Positions 1 to 11,558 of a stretch of DNA of 64,000 nucleotides are shown piece after piece. The DNA is from Mactra antiquata. Lineage: Eukaryota. The translations under genes were made by a program, and so were the position numbers. The notes below the pieces were generated by a model, which was not told the DNA's origin, ran no database searches, and was given only the letters and a program-made list of their open reading frames with translations. How positions within the stretch are numbered: position 1 is the first letter of the stretch; each line of letters starts with the position of its first letter. The stretch covers positions 3,917,510-3,981,509 of the forward strand of contig CM103826.1 of the NCBI GenBank assembly GCA_047288015.1. Direction: 5' to 3'.

Positions 1-458
1 CGTTATACCTTTTAAAGTTCTGGTAAATGGTTGTTTTCCTTACATTGTAAAACAAAGAACTATTATAAGGGTAATGCGACGGCATTATCCTTAGCTGGTT
101 GCATCTGGACCAATGAGAGCTTGCCTGGCCATCACGTGATCATGATATGGTCTGGTGACCCACAGCAGCAGTAGTGAGAATAAATGAGTCTGAATTGAGA
201 ATGGGATTGTTTTTAGACAGTAGCGTCATTCAGAATAAGATCGCTGACTTCAAGCCAATGTTACCTCTAAGGCTCTCACTGATAGTAGGTCATGGGCTGG
301 AGCCCAGTTCACCGACCGCGACTCTCTATCAGAAAAAGTAGGAAGTTGATATCGAAGAATGGAGGTTTAGTACTGGTAGATTGCAAGAACGATTGTTTTG
401 TGAAATGTCCATCTTGTATGCCACTGTTGAATAGGGGCGTAAACACAAAATAACGGAA

Positions 459-735
459 GCCCGCCTGACTAGCTCAGTCAGTAATGCACAAGTCTACTGA
501 CTGAGGGGTCGTGGGTTCGATTCCCGGGCGGGGCGTACATTCGTGGAGCTTGGTCATGAAATCATTTCTACGGTCATTCTCCCTCCTATCACGGATCCTA
601 AATCATGTAGGGCAGCTGTCTGTCACTGACGGAAATATGCGCCTAGTAACTGGTGGGTAGCTAAATCCAGAGATTTAGCTTTTCAATGACCTATACATGT
701 ATAATGTGTTGCTTCGGCGTTAAACCCTACAAAAA
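459..735 (+). mobile_element. tRNA-derived SINE, family A (tRNA-like head, conserved core ttcgtggagcttggtcatgaaat..tttctacggccattctcc, tail ..ccagagatttagc..).
   Basis: Head gcccgcctgactagctcagtc...gggttcgattcccgggcgggg is followed by the shared body. Multiple copies in the window. Confidence 0.85.
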
Positions 736-831
736 TCACGATCATGTATGTGGACTCAAATGAGCAATCATGGCTGTTTATTGAACGTAATACTTGTACA
801 ATGATCTAATATTCGTCAATACATATTACAG

Positions 832-933
832 ATCAGCCTGGTATATCCGTGGTTGGATTACATTATAATATAAATCAACCAATGAATGGCCTAGAACATG
901 GACAAGTTGGTGTTGATATAAATACTAAAACTG
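832..933 (+). CDS. Gene 1 (CBM39-like + GH81 beta-1,3-glucanase) exon A: CBM39-like module part 1 (phase 1 in, phase 1 out). The upstream signal-peptide exon is not in the window.
   Basis: Acceptor ttacag|atcag and donor ctg|gtaagt. Translation DQPGISVVGLHYNINQPMNGLEHGQVGVDINTKTG. It is 95% nt-identical to gene 2 exon 2, and the phase is consistent with exon B. Confidence 0.75.
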
Positions 934-979
934 GTAAGTTTGCGTATCAGTCCCATGCATTTTAACATTGAATTTTACA

Positions 980-1202
980 GTCTACAGACGATAAAGTGAC
1001 CGATTAATATGACCAATGCTATGTTGTTAATAATTAGACATGTTGTTAAATTATATTTTCTATAATTATTTTTATTTCACGTTTTGGTACGTAAAATATG
1101 GTCAAGTGGTTAAAATCAAGTTATTTATTATTATCCATGCTTTGTTATGAAAAATCTGCTTGACAAAAACACAATTCAACTTACCGCCTGTGGACTATGT
1201 CG
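980..1202. mobile_element. MITE family with TIR GTCTACAGACGATAAAGTGAC, copy in gene 1 intron A/B.
   Basis: Ends gtctacagacgataaagtgaccg ... cttaccgcctgtggactatgtcg. Related copies at 33968..34196, 55200..55640 and 27893..27995 (partial). Confidence 0.65.
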
Positions 1203-1883
1203 TATATAACATAAAAACTCATTGTTACTGTAAAGCAGGTAACTGTCAGGTTGAATATACCACGAGATCAAAAGCTACAATACTAATCGAATAATGTAAA
1301 CAAATATCCTAGACTGAAGTAAAAAGTGGTTGGAAGTATCTTTAAGTTATTTCTTTGTCAAATTTCATTACACATAGACCAGTCAACGTAGAAAATTGTA
1401 AGCTTTCTACATAGTATCGAATCTTCACTCCAAGTAGCGTAGTTTTCTCAAAATTCGAGAAAAGCGCTTGACAATCAACGAAATATGCCGAACAAATGAG
1501 TAAAAGTAAAAAAGAACACTTAAAGCTGTAGAAAGGTCAAGGTTTTTTCGAATGCTTTGAAAGCCACGCAGCTGGTGGGAAAGATCTAATCCGTCGTGGA
1601 TATTTACATTTGCATTTGAATTTCTTTGTACTGCTAAAGGGAGCTGACATGTGAAATTTGGTACATCAATCCAATTTCTGTTACAATACAATGTACTTAG
1701 AAATACATTGTTAAGTTTACCATGAACCATTGGATGACGCAAAATATGCTAACATATCATGAAACAGTATGAAGTGTGTCCATGTTGTAAAACTGTTTGA
1801 TTAGAAAATGATATATTTATTTAACATGGGGTTCAATGAAAATTATAAACTACTCATTATTCATTTCATATTGATTGTTTCAG

Positions 1884-2174
1884 GAAATGCATGGGTACAT
1901 GAGAACCCTAAAGTTGCTGTAAAACCAGGAGATACTGTAAACTATTGGTATATTTCTATACAAAATGGAATAGGAAATCTGGTACAAGATCAAACATGGA
2001 CTCCTTCCGGAAATACAGTTACACCAACAGGAAGACCAACAACAACAAATACACCTACCGGAAGAACAACAATAGAAAGTACAACTTCCGGAAATACACC
2101 AACCGGAAGAACAACAATAGAAAGTACAACTTCCGGAAATACACCAACCGGAAGTACACCTACCGGAAGTCCTG
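1884..2174 (+). CDS. Gene 1 exon B: CBM39-like module part 2 plus an expanded Thr/Pro-rich linker.
   Basis: Acceptor tgtttcag|gaaatg and donor cctg|gtcagt. Translation GNAWVHENPKVAVKPGDTVNYWYISIQNGIGNLVQDQTWTPSGNT followed by TPTGRTTIESTTSGN repeats. Paralogous to gene 2 exon 3; phase 1 in and out. Confidence 0.75.
2051..2140 (+). repeat. Two near-identical in-frame 45-bp tandem units inside gene 1 exon B (15-aa TPTGRTTIESTTSGN repeat), flanked by degenerate copies from 2021 to 2173.
   Basis: Units acacc(t/a)accggaagaacaacaatagaaagtacaacttccggaaat at 2051..2095 and 2096..2140 differ at one position. Confidence 0.9.
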
Positions 2175-3107
2175 GTCAGTTGTTTCATATTTAACCCAAT
2201 CATCTGGTACTAATTACTGCAAACGTTGAAATAATTAATTCAGTTCGTACAATATTTTGAGATATTTACAGTAATTAAGCCAATTTGTTTACTGGCGGCG
2301 AAATTTGTCATATGTTCACATAACTTCTATTGTTTTCAAAGATTAAACACAATATACCGTAGCGTTACGAAGTAGATAAATAGAGTTTTATGTTGATACA
2401 TACTAGGGGGGTTCTATTTCGTCACCCTAAAGCAATTAATGAAATTAATGATGAACTTGGAATTGTAAACTACAGAAACATTTATTTTATTAGTAAATGA
2501 TTCATTAATATATTGTTCTATCAACGTTTTTAATTTATCTCGGAAAGAAACATAAGCATTCACAGTATAGAAGTCAACGGTGTAAATGCAGACGACCGTC
2601 ACAGTCTTGAGCATGCCCGTATGTCGTCACAGCAGAATAAAACTTAAAGTTTGTCCACTTACTTCATGAAAAGCATTCTGTTTTACATTAATGAGGAATG
2701 CTTAGGCCTATTACATTTTAAAAATCATATTTCTACAACTATATAAAAATGAAATCGTCAAAATCGTCCATTTGTAATGTTGACATATTTGCCGTAAGCA
2801 TAAACACGTAACTGGTGATAGTTTGTCTCTGCCCACAAAATAGCTCCGCCTAGCTGTTATATTTCGGACTAAAATTGGTGTTCAAGAATAATTCAGGGAA
2901 TTCTAACTTTACAACACTTAACACAGCTGTTTAATTTAAATACGATTGAGGTAACGAAATTAAGACCGTGACGAATTTAGGGTCTCGTACAACGAAATTC
3001 GGGACTTTTGATAGTCAACGTAAGCGTAGTCGAGATAAAGCGAAATGACTGTATCAATATATTATGTAAAACTGTATGAAATGGTATCTTTACCTGTAAA
3101 ATTTCAG

Positions 3108-3329
3108 ACACCGTCTTACCCAGAGATTGCGTGCCACTAGAGAATGGCGTATTGGACCAATTTGATCCTATGTCTGTCTTTCAACCAAACTCTGAGATAG
3201 GAACAAAACAACCACCAGTTAAAGTTAGGCCGGATATCCGTCCTAACAGACCATTGCCTACACAAGCTTTTTTCACGTCACAGCTGAAGTCTACTGGCGC
3301 TGGACCAATGGTTTTATGGCCATATTTTG
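3108..3329 (+). CDS. Gene 1 exon C: start of GH81 domain A.
   Basis: Acceptor atttcag|acacc and donor tttg|gtaagt. Open frame DTVLPRDCVPLENGVLDQFDPMSVFQPNSEIGTKQPPVKVRPDIRPNRPLPTQAFFTSQLKSTGAGPMVLWPYFG. This resembles the GH81 N-terminal PLPT..FF....W.PY region. Confidence 0.65.
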
Positions 3330-3904
3330 GTAAGTGAATGTCCCTGTATGATATTTTAATGTTAGGTAAGTACTTAAAGACGGAAACAATACATGTACAG
3401 TGTATATATTCATGATCAGGTTGGTAACGAACTCAAAGAGCATGACTTGATTCAAATTAAGTAGTGAATTCTTACGAACCATTTTCGAGAACAGTTCGGA
3501 GCAATAACAACATTCGCAAAGTGACCCAAAAGCTTGTCAATGTAGGTACATGTACTAGTAAATAAAAAGCTATCTGTATCTATGTAATTATATATATGGT
3601 GTTTCAAAACAAAGGGAGCGCACGTACATAAAAGAACTATCTATTTCAATTCAGTATACATCATAACAGTTCGATACTCACATACATGTAAATACTTGTT
3701 TGGTGAAAACCTTAGTACTTCACACTTTCTGATAATAACATAATATGTTATTCATTATGCCAAGAAATAAATACATTGTTATCATATAAAAGAAACACAC
3801 GCCCACAAAAATGCTAGATTTATTCAATTTATTACATCATACGCTCCAATGCAGACGTCACGTGTCTTCATTGTTCAACAATCTATGAAATTCAAGCTTT
3901 TTTA

Positions 3905-4200
3905 TAGGATTTTCGCCGTTTACCAACACTTTTTTATTTTTTTTTTATTTATGGCCACCGGCTCACCTTACCAGTTTTCTTACTAGACTCTTTTTTTTGA
4001 TCCAGTGTTCGCTTACCCTTCCCCAAGGAGCCGACCTCTTCCCCTGTACGAAGGAAAATCAACATTATTGTCGCCATTCCATAGAATGGTATGGCATGTC
4101 AGGAATCGAACCCAGATCGAGGATCACGTGCACGTGCTAACCACTGCACTCAGCCGCGGCAATGTGGTTCCAGTGGAAGTCTTGATCATCCCCTGATTTA
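3905..4200 (-). mobile_element. tRNA-derived SINE, family B (tRNA head; body ggttatacccttccat..ttcgacaataatgtcgattttcctcc..ccttgtggaagggtaagcgagtactggtta..ggccgccgtaaaatgaccataa..gttaacacggcgttaaacccaacc; A-rich tail).
   Basis: Minus orientation with the poly-T at its left end and head ggaatcgaacccagatcgaggatcacgtgcacgtgctaaccactgcactcagccgc at the right. Confidence 0.75.
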
Positions 4201-4563
4201 TAGTTCATGCAAAAATCACATTGAAATGGAATTTGGTTAAAATTTATATTTTTGGTGTCTAGATTCCCTTACCACTGGAAACAAATCTTTTCCGTAGCCC
4301 TTGCAATGATACCTGGAACACACCATTAGAATGCTTATTATTTAAGATATCCTATACTGTGACTTCAGGTACTGCCTTCTCCTGTTCATGTTCATATCCA
4401 GAGACTGTGAGTAGGTTGACTGACCGCCGCGATATGACTGAAAATTTGTCTACGTAAAGCGCCATACATTACCTATTTTACCTAGTGCATGCCAAGTGTG
4501 TGTGCAAAATTACTGTATAATATTAATTAATTATCGTATATATTTGTATATTCATGTATATAG

Positions 4564-4758
4564 CTTCAATGGACAATGAAGGTATAACCTACGATGCCTT
4601 TGAATTTAGAAGATTTATGGATCCAGAGAGAACTATTCTAGCAGACCAACAATCTATGTCAGAAGATGGGAAACCTTGGAATCGTTTGTTTGATCTTGGT
4701 ACCAATTTCTTTCAGAAAGTCTCAGGACCTGATGGAAATCCACTGTCAGGATTTTACG
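4564..4758 (+). CDS. Gene 1 exon D.
   Basis: Acceptor tatag|cttc and donor ttttacg|gtaaaa. Open frame ASMDNEGITYDAFEFRRFMDPERTILADQQSMSEDGKPWNRLFDLGTNFFQKVSGPDGNPLSGFYG. Phase 1 in and out. Confidence 0.65.
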
Positions 4759-5061
4759 GTAAAATAATTTGATGTTTTCGGTTTATGACTATAATATACA
4801 ATGTATGTAGTAGCCACGATGAAGTCCCCCGGGTAGTCAGTTAGTAACCTCGTGACGACTCGAACACCTGTTTTAGGGCATTATAACTAGAGATGGGAAT
4901 TGGGTTGAAAAATCATTATCTATAAATCGGGTTCAGTTTTAACGGTTCATTGTCAATAATTTTCCGATTGTTTATAAAATCTATTATTAGGTTTTCTTCC
5001 TGAAAAATTCAGACCTAAACTTGAGACTTAATGTGTCACATTTATTTATTATCTATCCCAG

Positions 5062-5171
5062 GTAAAAGTGGTGTCAAGGTCGGTATTGAAGGAAGTGCTG
5101 AACCGGAACTTGGAGACTTTGGTGATCTCTATGGTAACTTTAAATTCACCGGAAGTACTGGAACTCTTGAG
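5062..5171 (+). CDS. Gene 1 exon E.
   Basis: Acceptor tatcccag|gtaaaag and donor cttgag|gtaatt. Gly-rich open frame GKSGVKVGIEGSAEPELGDFGDLYGNFKFTGSTGTLE. Phase 1 in, phase 0 out. Confidence 0.55.
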
Positions 5172-5540
5172 GTAATTAGTTAGGCTTTGATTTAGCATAA
5201 CGATCAATTTTGGTTATGGGAATAGTGAAAAAAGCTGTTCCAGCTGGGTGGTAAAAATAAAGTACTTTTGTTAACTTATATTTATATGAACCGCTGCCAT
5301 TAGAAAGTTTATTTCGAATGCGGCGTACCGGCCCCCATTTCTGTTTGCGGCAGGTCAAAACTTTCCATGAAAATTCGAAAATAATATCGATTTTCCTCCG
5401 AAATTATAGCAGTTTAGTTTTTGCATACGCTACAATGCAATTTAAAACATGGCAACACAAATAAGAACAATGCGTAACACAAGATAGCGCTCCATGAAAA
5501 GTACCTTGGCATATTTTAATTCAACTCAACATTATTTCAG

Positions 5541-5673
5541 GTACCACTTGTTAGAGGATCAATCTTACTGACACATATATTTGATAATGCTAACCCTGTG
5601 ATCACACCTTTCTGTTTGGACAATATCAATGGTGGTGACTCACAGAATTTTTACTGTCCACTGAACCCTGCAG
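5541..5673 (+). CDS. Gene 1 exon F.
   Basis: Acceptor attatttcag|gtacc and donor cctgcag|gtatat. Translation VPLVRGSILLTHIFDNANPVITPFCLDNINGGDSQNFYCPLNPAG. Phase 0 in, phase 1 out. Confidence 0.65.
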
Positions 5674-5699
5674 GTATATTTTGGCTAGCGTTTTATCTT

Positions 5700-5993
5700 C
5701 ACCCGCGCTCCACCTGGTTAACTCAGTCGGTAACACATCTGCATACCGATCCTGGGGTCGCGAGCTCGATTCCCGGGCGGCTGCATACATTCGTTGAGTT
5801 TGGTCACGAAATACTTTCTAACTCCATTCTCACCCCTGACAGAGCAGTAGGTTACCCACTGGCGAAGGTATGTGCTTAGTACTGGTTAAAAGACTAGGAA
5901 TAGAGATCTAAGCCTCTCCAGGAACAATGAGTATGTCGACTGACAGCCACGATATGACTGAAAAATGTCGAAAAGCTGCGTAAAACACCATAA
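5700..5993 (+). mobile_element. tRNA-derived SINE, family C. It shares its core with family A but has a distinct tail: ..aaagcttaggtctag.tctaagcctctccagg..gtgagtaggttgactgaccgccgcgatatgactgaaaaattgtcg..gcgtaaagcacc.
   Basis: Head, core tttggtcacgaaatactttcta and tail are all present. Related copies lie at 22214, 31750, 34822, 49728 (minus) and 60520 (minus). Confidence 0.8.
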
Positions 5994-6609
5994 ATTAACA
6001 ATTTATTATTGATCGGTATTACAGAATTCCGATTCGAATCAGCCAAAGTTGTCGAACAGGGGTTTGTCAACTGTACTTAAAAACCAACAATGCTGGTTCG
6101 ATTCCAGGTCTCGTGAAATTTCGATAAAAATGTCGTTTTTCCTCAGTACAGAGAGATGTTCTCCACTCCTTATGAAAGAAAGTAGAGTATTGGTAAAGTC
6201 CATGAAAGTTGGTTAGGTTAGACGACTCCCGTAAATAACTGAACAATACTCTTCTGAACGCTAACCAATCTGAGTAACCTGGCAAAATTTATTTCCAATA
6301 TTTTATTAAATATTACTCTGTATTGACAAACCGGTATCTAACGGTATCTTGGGGATAGCCTCTACCGTCAGCGAAGTAAATGGTTTAACTGAACGGGTTC
6401 ATTAACTTCTTGCAAACCTGTTAGCTAATGTTAGCTTATGGTAGCTGCTAACAGACCGTTCATTTAATGCCTGTTACGACACGGTGCATACCGGTACGTT
6501 TCGATACACGTTACCAGTGGTTTTGTTGAATGCACTGCAGTACTAGTTCTTTTATCTTTGTCATACTGGGCCAGCATATGATATCACATTTTTGTCTGTA
6601 TAAATGCAG

Positions 6610-6834
6610 CCACTAATGGAGGAAGTGGTTATCTTAGTGGTGAATGTACTGGTTCAACTCTTACAATCACACTTCATAATACAAGACCTATAACAGATAT
6701 AAGTTTGATACAATGGGCTGCTAACACGGCATCACAGTATGGTTCAAGTCATGCGATGCATAATTGTGATGAATCACATTGTCGTCTGCTGGAGAATGGA
6801 CAAAGACTTGATATTACCGTCCCTAACGCACATG
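6610..6834 (+). CDS. Gene 1 exon G.
   Basis: Acceptor aaatgcag|ccact and donor cacatg|gtaagt. Open frame ATNGGSGYLSGECTGSTLTITLHNTRPITDISLIQWAANTASQYGSSHAMHNCDESHCRLLENGQRLDITVPNAHG. Phase 1 in and out. Confidence 0.65.
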
Positions 6835-8267
6835 GTAAGTATATAACTTTTAGAATAGGGTATGTAAGTCGCGTCATGTGACCTCCGAGATTTTACGATA
6901 TTTTCTAACTTCCGGGTACAAACACAAAATTAACGTCATGGTGCTTTCCATTAGATATTAGGCTAAATGCGTCGATGGACACGCAAAGCTTACAAGGAAG
7001 AGCGAGACATAGGTGGAGAGTGGCAGGGTGCTTCTATTTGTAACTGACGACACCAGAGTCATTTTAAGCCGATATAACTTTCTATTTTTAGAAACCAAAA
7101 TTTACCTACCTGCACAGATCAACCCATTTGTTCCTTTCCTTTGGATTAATTGGAAATCTAAACAAACTACAAGTCTGTGACCCACCAGTACGATGCATAC
7201 AGCCAAAAGCTTAACAGTAAACGATTGTACAACTGAGCGTTCGCGTTTACTTTCACTTTCGATACCCTATTTCGAATAAGAATAGAATAGTGTCGATTAA
7301 TATAATTTTGAGTGTTTCAAATAACGAAGGTTGTGAGTCTAGTACTGGCGCAATTCAGGAACGATGAACTTGCCGCCGCCTATGATTCTGACAATTGGAA
7401 AAGGTTTCGATAACCCCTGGGTTGGTAAGAAGTACAGAACAAAAACAAAGCAAATCCTTCAAAATAGGATGCCGAGTTTCAACTCCCGTATTCAAGGCCA
7501 ATGTACATGTAAAGTTTGGTTACATCAGACGATAATTATTTTTTTATTAAATTTATAATTAAAACTGACATTTCTATTGTGTACATGTTTTATTTCTATA
7601 CTTTAGCAGAATTGAAAATTAATAATAATTATAATTAATACTAATTATTCCCATCTGATATATCATCAATTTTAGACTTTCGGGCGAATTTCGCCCGGAA
7701 CGTCTTTAGTTACCACAAATTGGAAACTATCGACGAAAAAAAAATCCTGCCCAGTTTAACCTGCGTAGTGATATTCAAGTGCGGACAAGCACGTTCGTGT
7801 ACATGTGCCTCGCACCTGATACTTAATATAACCGTCCAATATTAATTGAAAACAAGAAATCGTTGTAAATCTAACCTGTTTTTCGCGATTAAAAACAATC
7901 AGAATCTGCGTTCTTCGTAAAACTTATCCTTTTCCCTTAATGCCTTTCGAAAAATAGTTCTCCGATTACGTAATTTATAGACCTATATACTGAACTCATG
8001 ACGTGAATGAGCCGACGACGCAAAAGAAATAGTGCACTCGATACATTGATAATTTGACGATAAATCCATCATATAGTTTTACAGGTGTCAAAAATGCAAT
8101 ACCAGGTTGCATAATAATGCTTTTTATTGGAATAAAATGCATAGTTCTGTTTATAATATAAGTTGAAATAATGTTTAATTATTTTAGAAACACAAAGTTG
8201 TAGGCATACAGGCAAAAAACGTAAATGATCGATGTTTGCCGAAATTGTTTTTAGTTCATAAATCGGG

Positions 8268-9005
8268 CACCAGTAAATGTGTATACCCCACCCTCCACCC
8301 ACAGAAAATAGTTTTACTTATTAATTCCTTAAATAACTATCGAATGGGTTTGGAAATTTGCATATTTTTTAAATTAAAGGGAGGTAATTCATTCAACTGA
8401 TGTGAACTGGGACATCATAGGCCGATTTATGATTCTTCTCAAGTGTGGTATGATTTATTAAATGAAACTGCATATAATTATCATGGCACAAATCCTGTCT
8501 CAGTGCGAACAACAAAATGTATTTTTCAACATTATTAATAGATTTTACTTAATATTGGATTATAATGGATTTTTCCAAAACTGATAATTTCTGAAGGATT
8601 TAAGCTCTAAAGGAACTCTAATTCGCCTTTGTAAATAAATTCATACAAACAGCTTGCACAAAAATTAAGAGAACTTAAGTTCGATCAATACTAATGCAGC
8701 TTTTAAAATTTCTTATGGTCAACCAAGAGAAATTCTAGAAGCTGTATTAATATTAATTATCATAAGGGAGGAAAGACAGGATAGAGCGCCATGATCGTGC
8801 GACCACATGCACGACTCATGCAGGTAGTTCGTCTTCTCACGAAGACAAACAAAAAACAAGAGCGTAAGCACAGCTTCCAGCAAAACACCAACAGCTCTGG
8901 TAACCATGCCTTATTTCCCTGATCTATGAAAAGGGATGGCGTGGTGTTTAGGAACGACCAGAGCCAGTTAAATGCTTTACCAAAAGAAGGCAAACGCTTG
9001 GCTAT
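8268..9005 (+). mobile_element. Dispersed repeat of about 740 bp, copy 1 (unclassified interspersed element).
   Basis: Ends align with 26727..27470: ..ccccaccctccacccaca..aattaaagggaggtaattca.. and ..agacaggatagagcgccatgatcgtgcgaccacatgcacgactcatgcag..ttcgtcttctcacgaagacaaac..ggcaaacgcttgg. Confidence 0.75.
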
Positions 9006-10235
9006 ATGTATGTATAACACTTTACCAATCCAAACAGTAAAGCATTTTCTATTATTGGTAAATTACTAGCTACATGGTTAATTACTTCAACAGATTATCA
9101 TGTCAATAAAATTCAATTTAACTTAAATTCAGTCATATTTTGAATGCCATTTTCTCTAATAATTATTTAACATAATGCATATTCTAAATCATAAAAATGT
9201 AAAAATAGTAACTTAGTAGTTCATAAATTAAATTTAACACGCACGATTTACTTACATTTTTGTATATATCTTATTATATAGTGTATATTTAAACCTATTT
9301 ATATTTATGCCCCTAGGCATATCATGAGATCTTTATAAAGTGTGATTTACTCGTATTAGGATATAAGTAAGAAAGGGATACAACCCGATCAGGATATAAA
9401 ATATCAGTGTTATCTCTCTTAAATCTGACCAGCAAGCAGGAGGGTTCTTCGAAGGGGTCACTACGGTACTTACCGTGGTTTCCAAAATACTTGCAAATAA
9501 AGCGTAGTGTTTGGACCTTCTGGACAAGGATAATTAGTCAATCCTAACAGGTAAAAATATGCAGAAGTCTCTCTAGCTTTTTGTAATAGCAGGTCCATGT
9601 TCCCACATTTATTCTTATCATTATCATTTCTTAGCGATATTTGCTCTCAGTGATGAATATTCTCAAGACCAAAACTCGCGTTTAAAACCAGTAGCTATAA
9701 TTCGCCATGGCAATAACCATGTGTTTCATCAATCGATATTGTATTACTGTATAAGTGAACGATTCTGTGCACTGGAAGGTTCTTTCACAAAATATCATAT
9801 GAAAAGTGACATTGGGTCAAGTCCTATGATCAAATACAATGTATTTAGAGTTGATACTGATGGGTATTGATGAAACTTAAAATTTGATATTATTCATCAT
9901 TCATGCATGTATTTGCACCGTTAACATCCGCGAATTTTATATGTTCATGTATTGATTTCTAATTTTCCTTCTTCTGTATTCGAAAAAGCTCCAATTAACC
10001 ATTTCTATCCACAGATGTGTAGCCCATACCGACCCAACCAATCAGGCGGCCCCACTAACGATACCTCTGTACATGGCCCTGTTGGATCCATGTTCAGACA
10101 GCGCTTCCAATGTTTTGATTATTTTCGGGCCCTAAGTAAAATTATATGTTTGAAGAGTAATGTATCTAAGTATCCATCGCCGACTTATTTTCCATGTTAA
10201 ATATATCAAGGTTGCAGATCGATTTTTTTGATTGG

Positions 10236-10496
10236 GTAAAGGTCATATCACGGCGGTCAGCCACCTAACTCATCGATCCTGGAAATACTAAATCTCTGGA
10301 TTTAGCTGTTAACCAGTTACTAGACGCATACTTCCGTCCGTGACTGACAACTGCCCTACATGATTTAGAATGGGAGAATGGTCGTAGAAATTTTTTCATG
10401 ACCAAGCCTCACAAAAGTATGCCCCGCCCGGGAATCGAACCAACGACCCCTCGGTCAGTAGACTTGTGCGCTTCAGACTGAGCTAGTCAGGCGGGC
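10236..10496 (-). mobile_element. SINE family A copy (minus orientation).
   Basis: Reverse complement of the family A consensus from tail ggtcatatcacggcggtcag to head ..gagctagtcaggcgggc. Confidence 0.85.
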
Positions 10497-10559
10497 GCAG
10501 ATCGAGAATAAGTCAGGACTCGGTATTTAAGAAAAACTCATTAGACACCTTCAGAACTT

Positions 10560-10725
10560 CGAAACCCAAAGTGCGTTAATATGTAGCATATCAACGCTCT
10601 TCGGGGTCCATTTCTTCGTTTTGACCCCAAAGTGCGTCGGACCCCTAAGTGCGTTTTAAAGTTTACCGCACTTTGGGGTCGGACCCCGAAGTGCGTTGGA
10701 CCCCAAAGTGCGTTGTTACAACGCT
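10560..10725. repeat. Cluster of a 15-bp motif gaccccaaagtgcgt in direct and inverted copies, adjacent to a SINE.
   Basis: The motif or its reverse complement acgcactttggggtc occurs at least 6 times. Confidence 0.75.
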
Positions 10726-11558
10726 ATGCTGTATATGTATATATTTAAATAACAAGAAATAGTCAAATTACGATTTTATGCGCAAGAAAGTCTTTCTGTG
10801 TTGTCAACACTTTGAGTTCTACATTGTTAACTCATGTCACGCGTATATACATTATACATTGAAAATAGATCATGTACTGTATACACTTATATTGTAATCT
10901 TTTTTCTGTTTTTTTTTTTTTTTAATTGGGTTTAACGTCTTATTAAACACATATTTAGGTCATATATACGACGGCCAGCTCTTCCTACTATAGGTTCCCT
11001 GGACACTTTTCCATCACCAGTACTAACTTACCCTATATATTGTAATCTACAACCAGAGTTAAATGAAGTTTATTCTTGTTGTAACAATAGGTAAATACTA
11101 CATGTATATATAAATGTACGAATATTTGCATTGTAAAAAACAAATAACTGACCATAACTTACGTTTTATAAGTTACTAAATAATAGTTGTTTCAGATATT
11201 ACAATACCTACATATGTGATGCTTTATTTATTCAATATTCACAGGCATAACTTCAAATATTTATGCTAGTGACAGGCGGAACTGAGAGAGACTAACTTTC
11301 TAAGAATATTATTATTTTGTTACGTTGATAAAATGTGGAATTTTTTTTAAAAAAAACTTAGCCTGGAACCCCATGATAATCATTTCTGGATCAGCCCCTT
11401 ATGTGGAATTCATTTTTTTGCCAATGAGTATGCTGTATTTTTTGATATTCTCGAAATTTAATAAAGTAAATAGTGTTTTGAATATCATCAATGCAGTGGT
11501 AATTTACGTAAGATTGGGCAGGACTTATTAAATGGACACCACTACACTTATGTTTCAG

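Noticed and set aside
1-22. The window start (..aaagttctg|gtaaatgg) as the end of gene 1's signal-peptide exon, by analogy with gene 2 (..cactgccag|gtaaatta).
   Set aside because: With the required phase-1 hand-off to exon A, the upstream frame hits TAA at 13..15. The resemblance is limited to gtaaat. The 5' exon of gene 1 is probably upstream of the window.
459-533. tRNA genes at each tRNA-like segment (for example 459..533, 13199..13272, 20068..20141, 22214..22290, 36918..36990).
   Set aside because: Every tRNA-like segment is followed directly by a conserved SINE body and tail. Acceptor stems are imperfect, for example in 13199..13272. These are SINE heads, not free-standing tRNA genes.
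7364-7558. ORF MNLPPPMILTIGKGFDNPWVGKKYRTKTKQ... as a real exon or gene (the DNPWVG string also occurs in the GH16 gene).
   Set aside because: The frame is open only because of the short length. The DNPWVG similarity to gene 2 exon 11 is 6 residues and likely chance. The start of the ORF is kept only as a possible pseudo-exon related to exon H.
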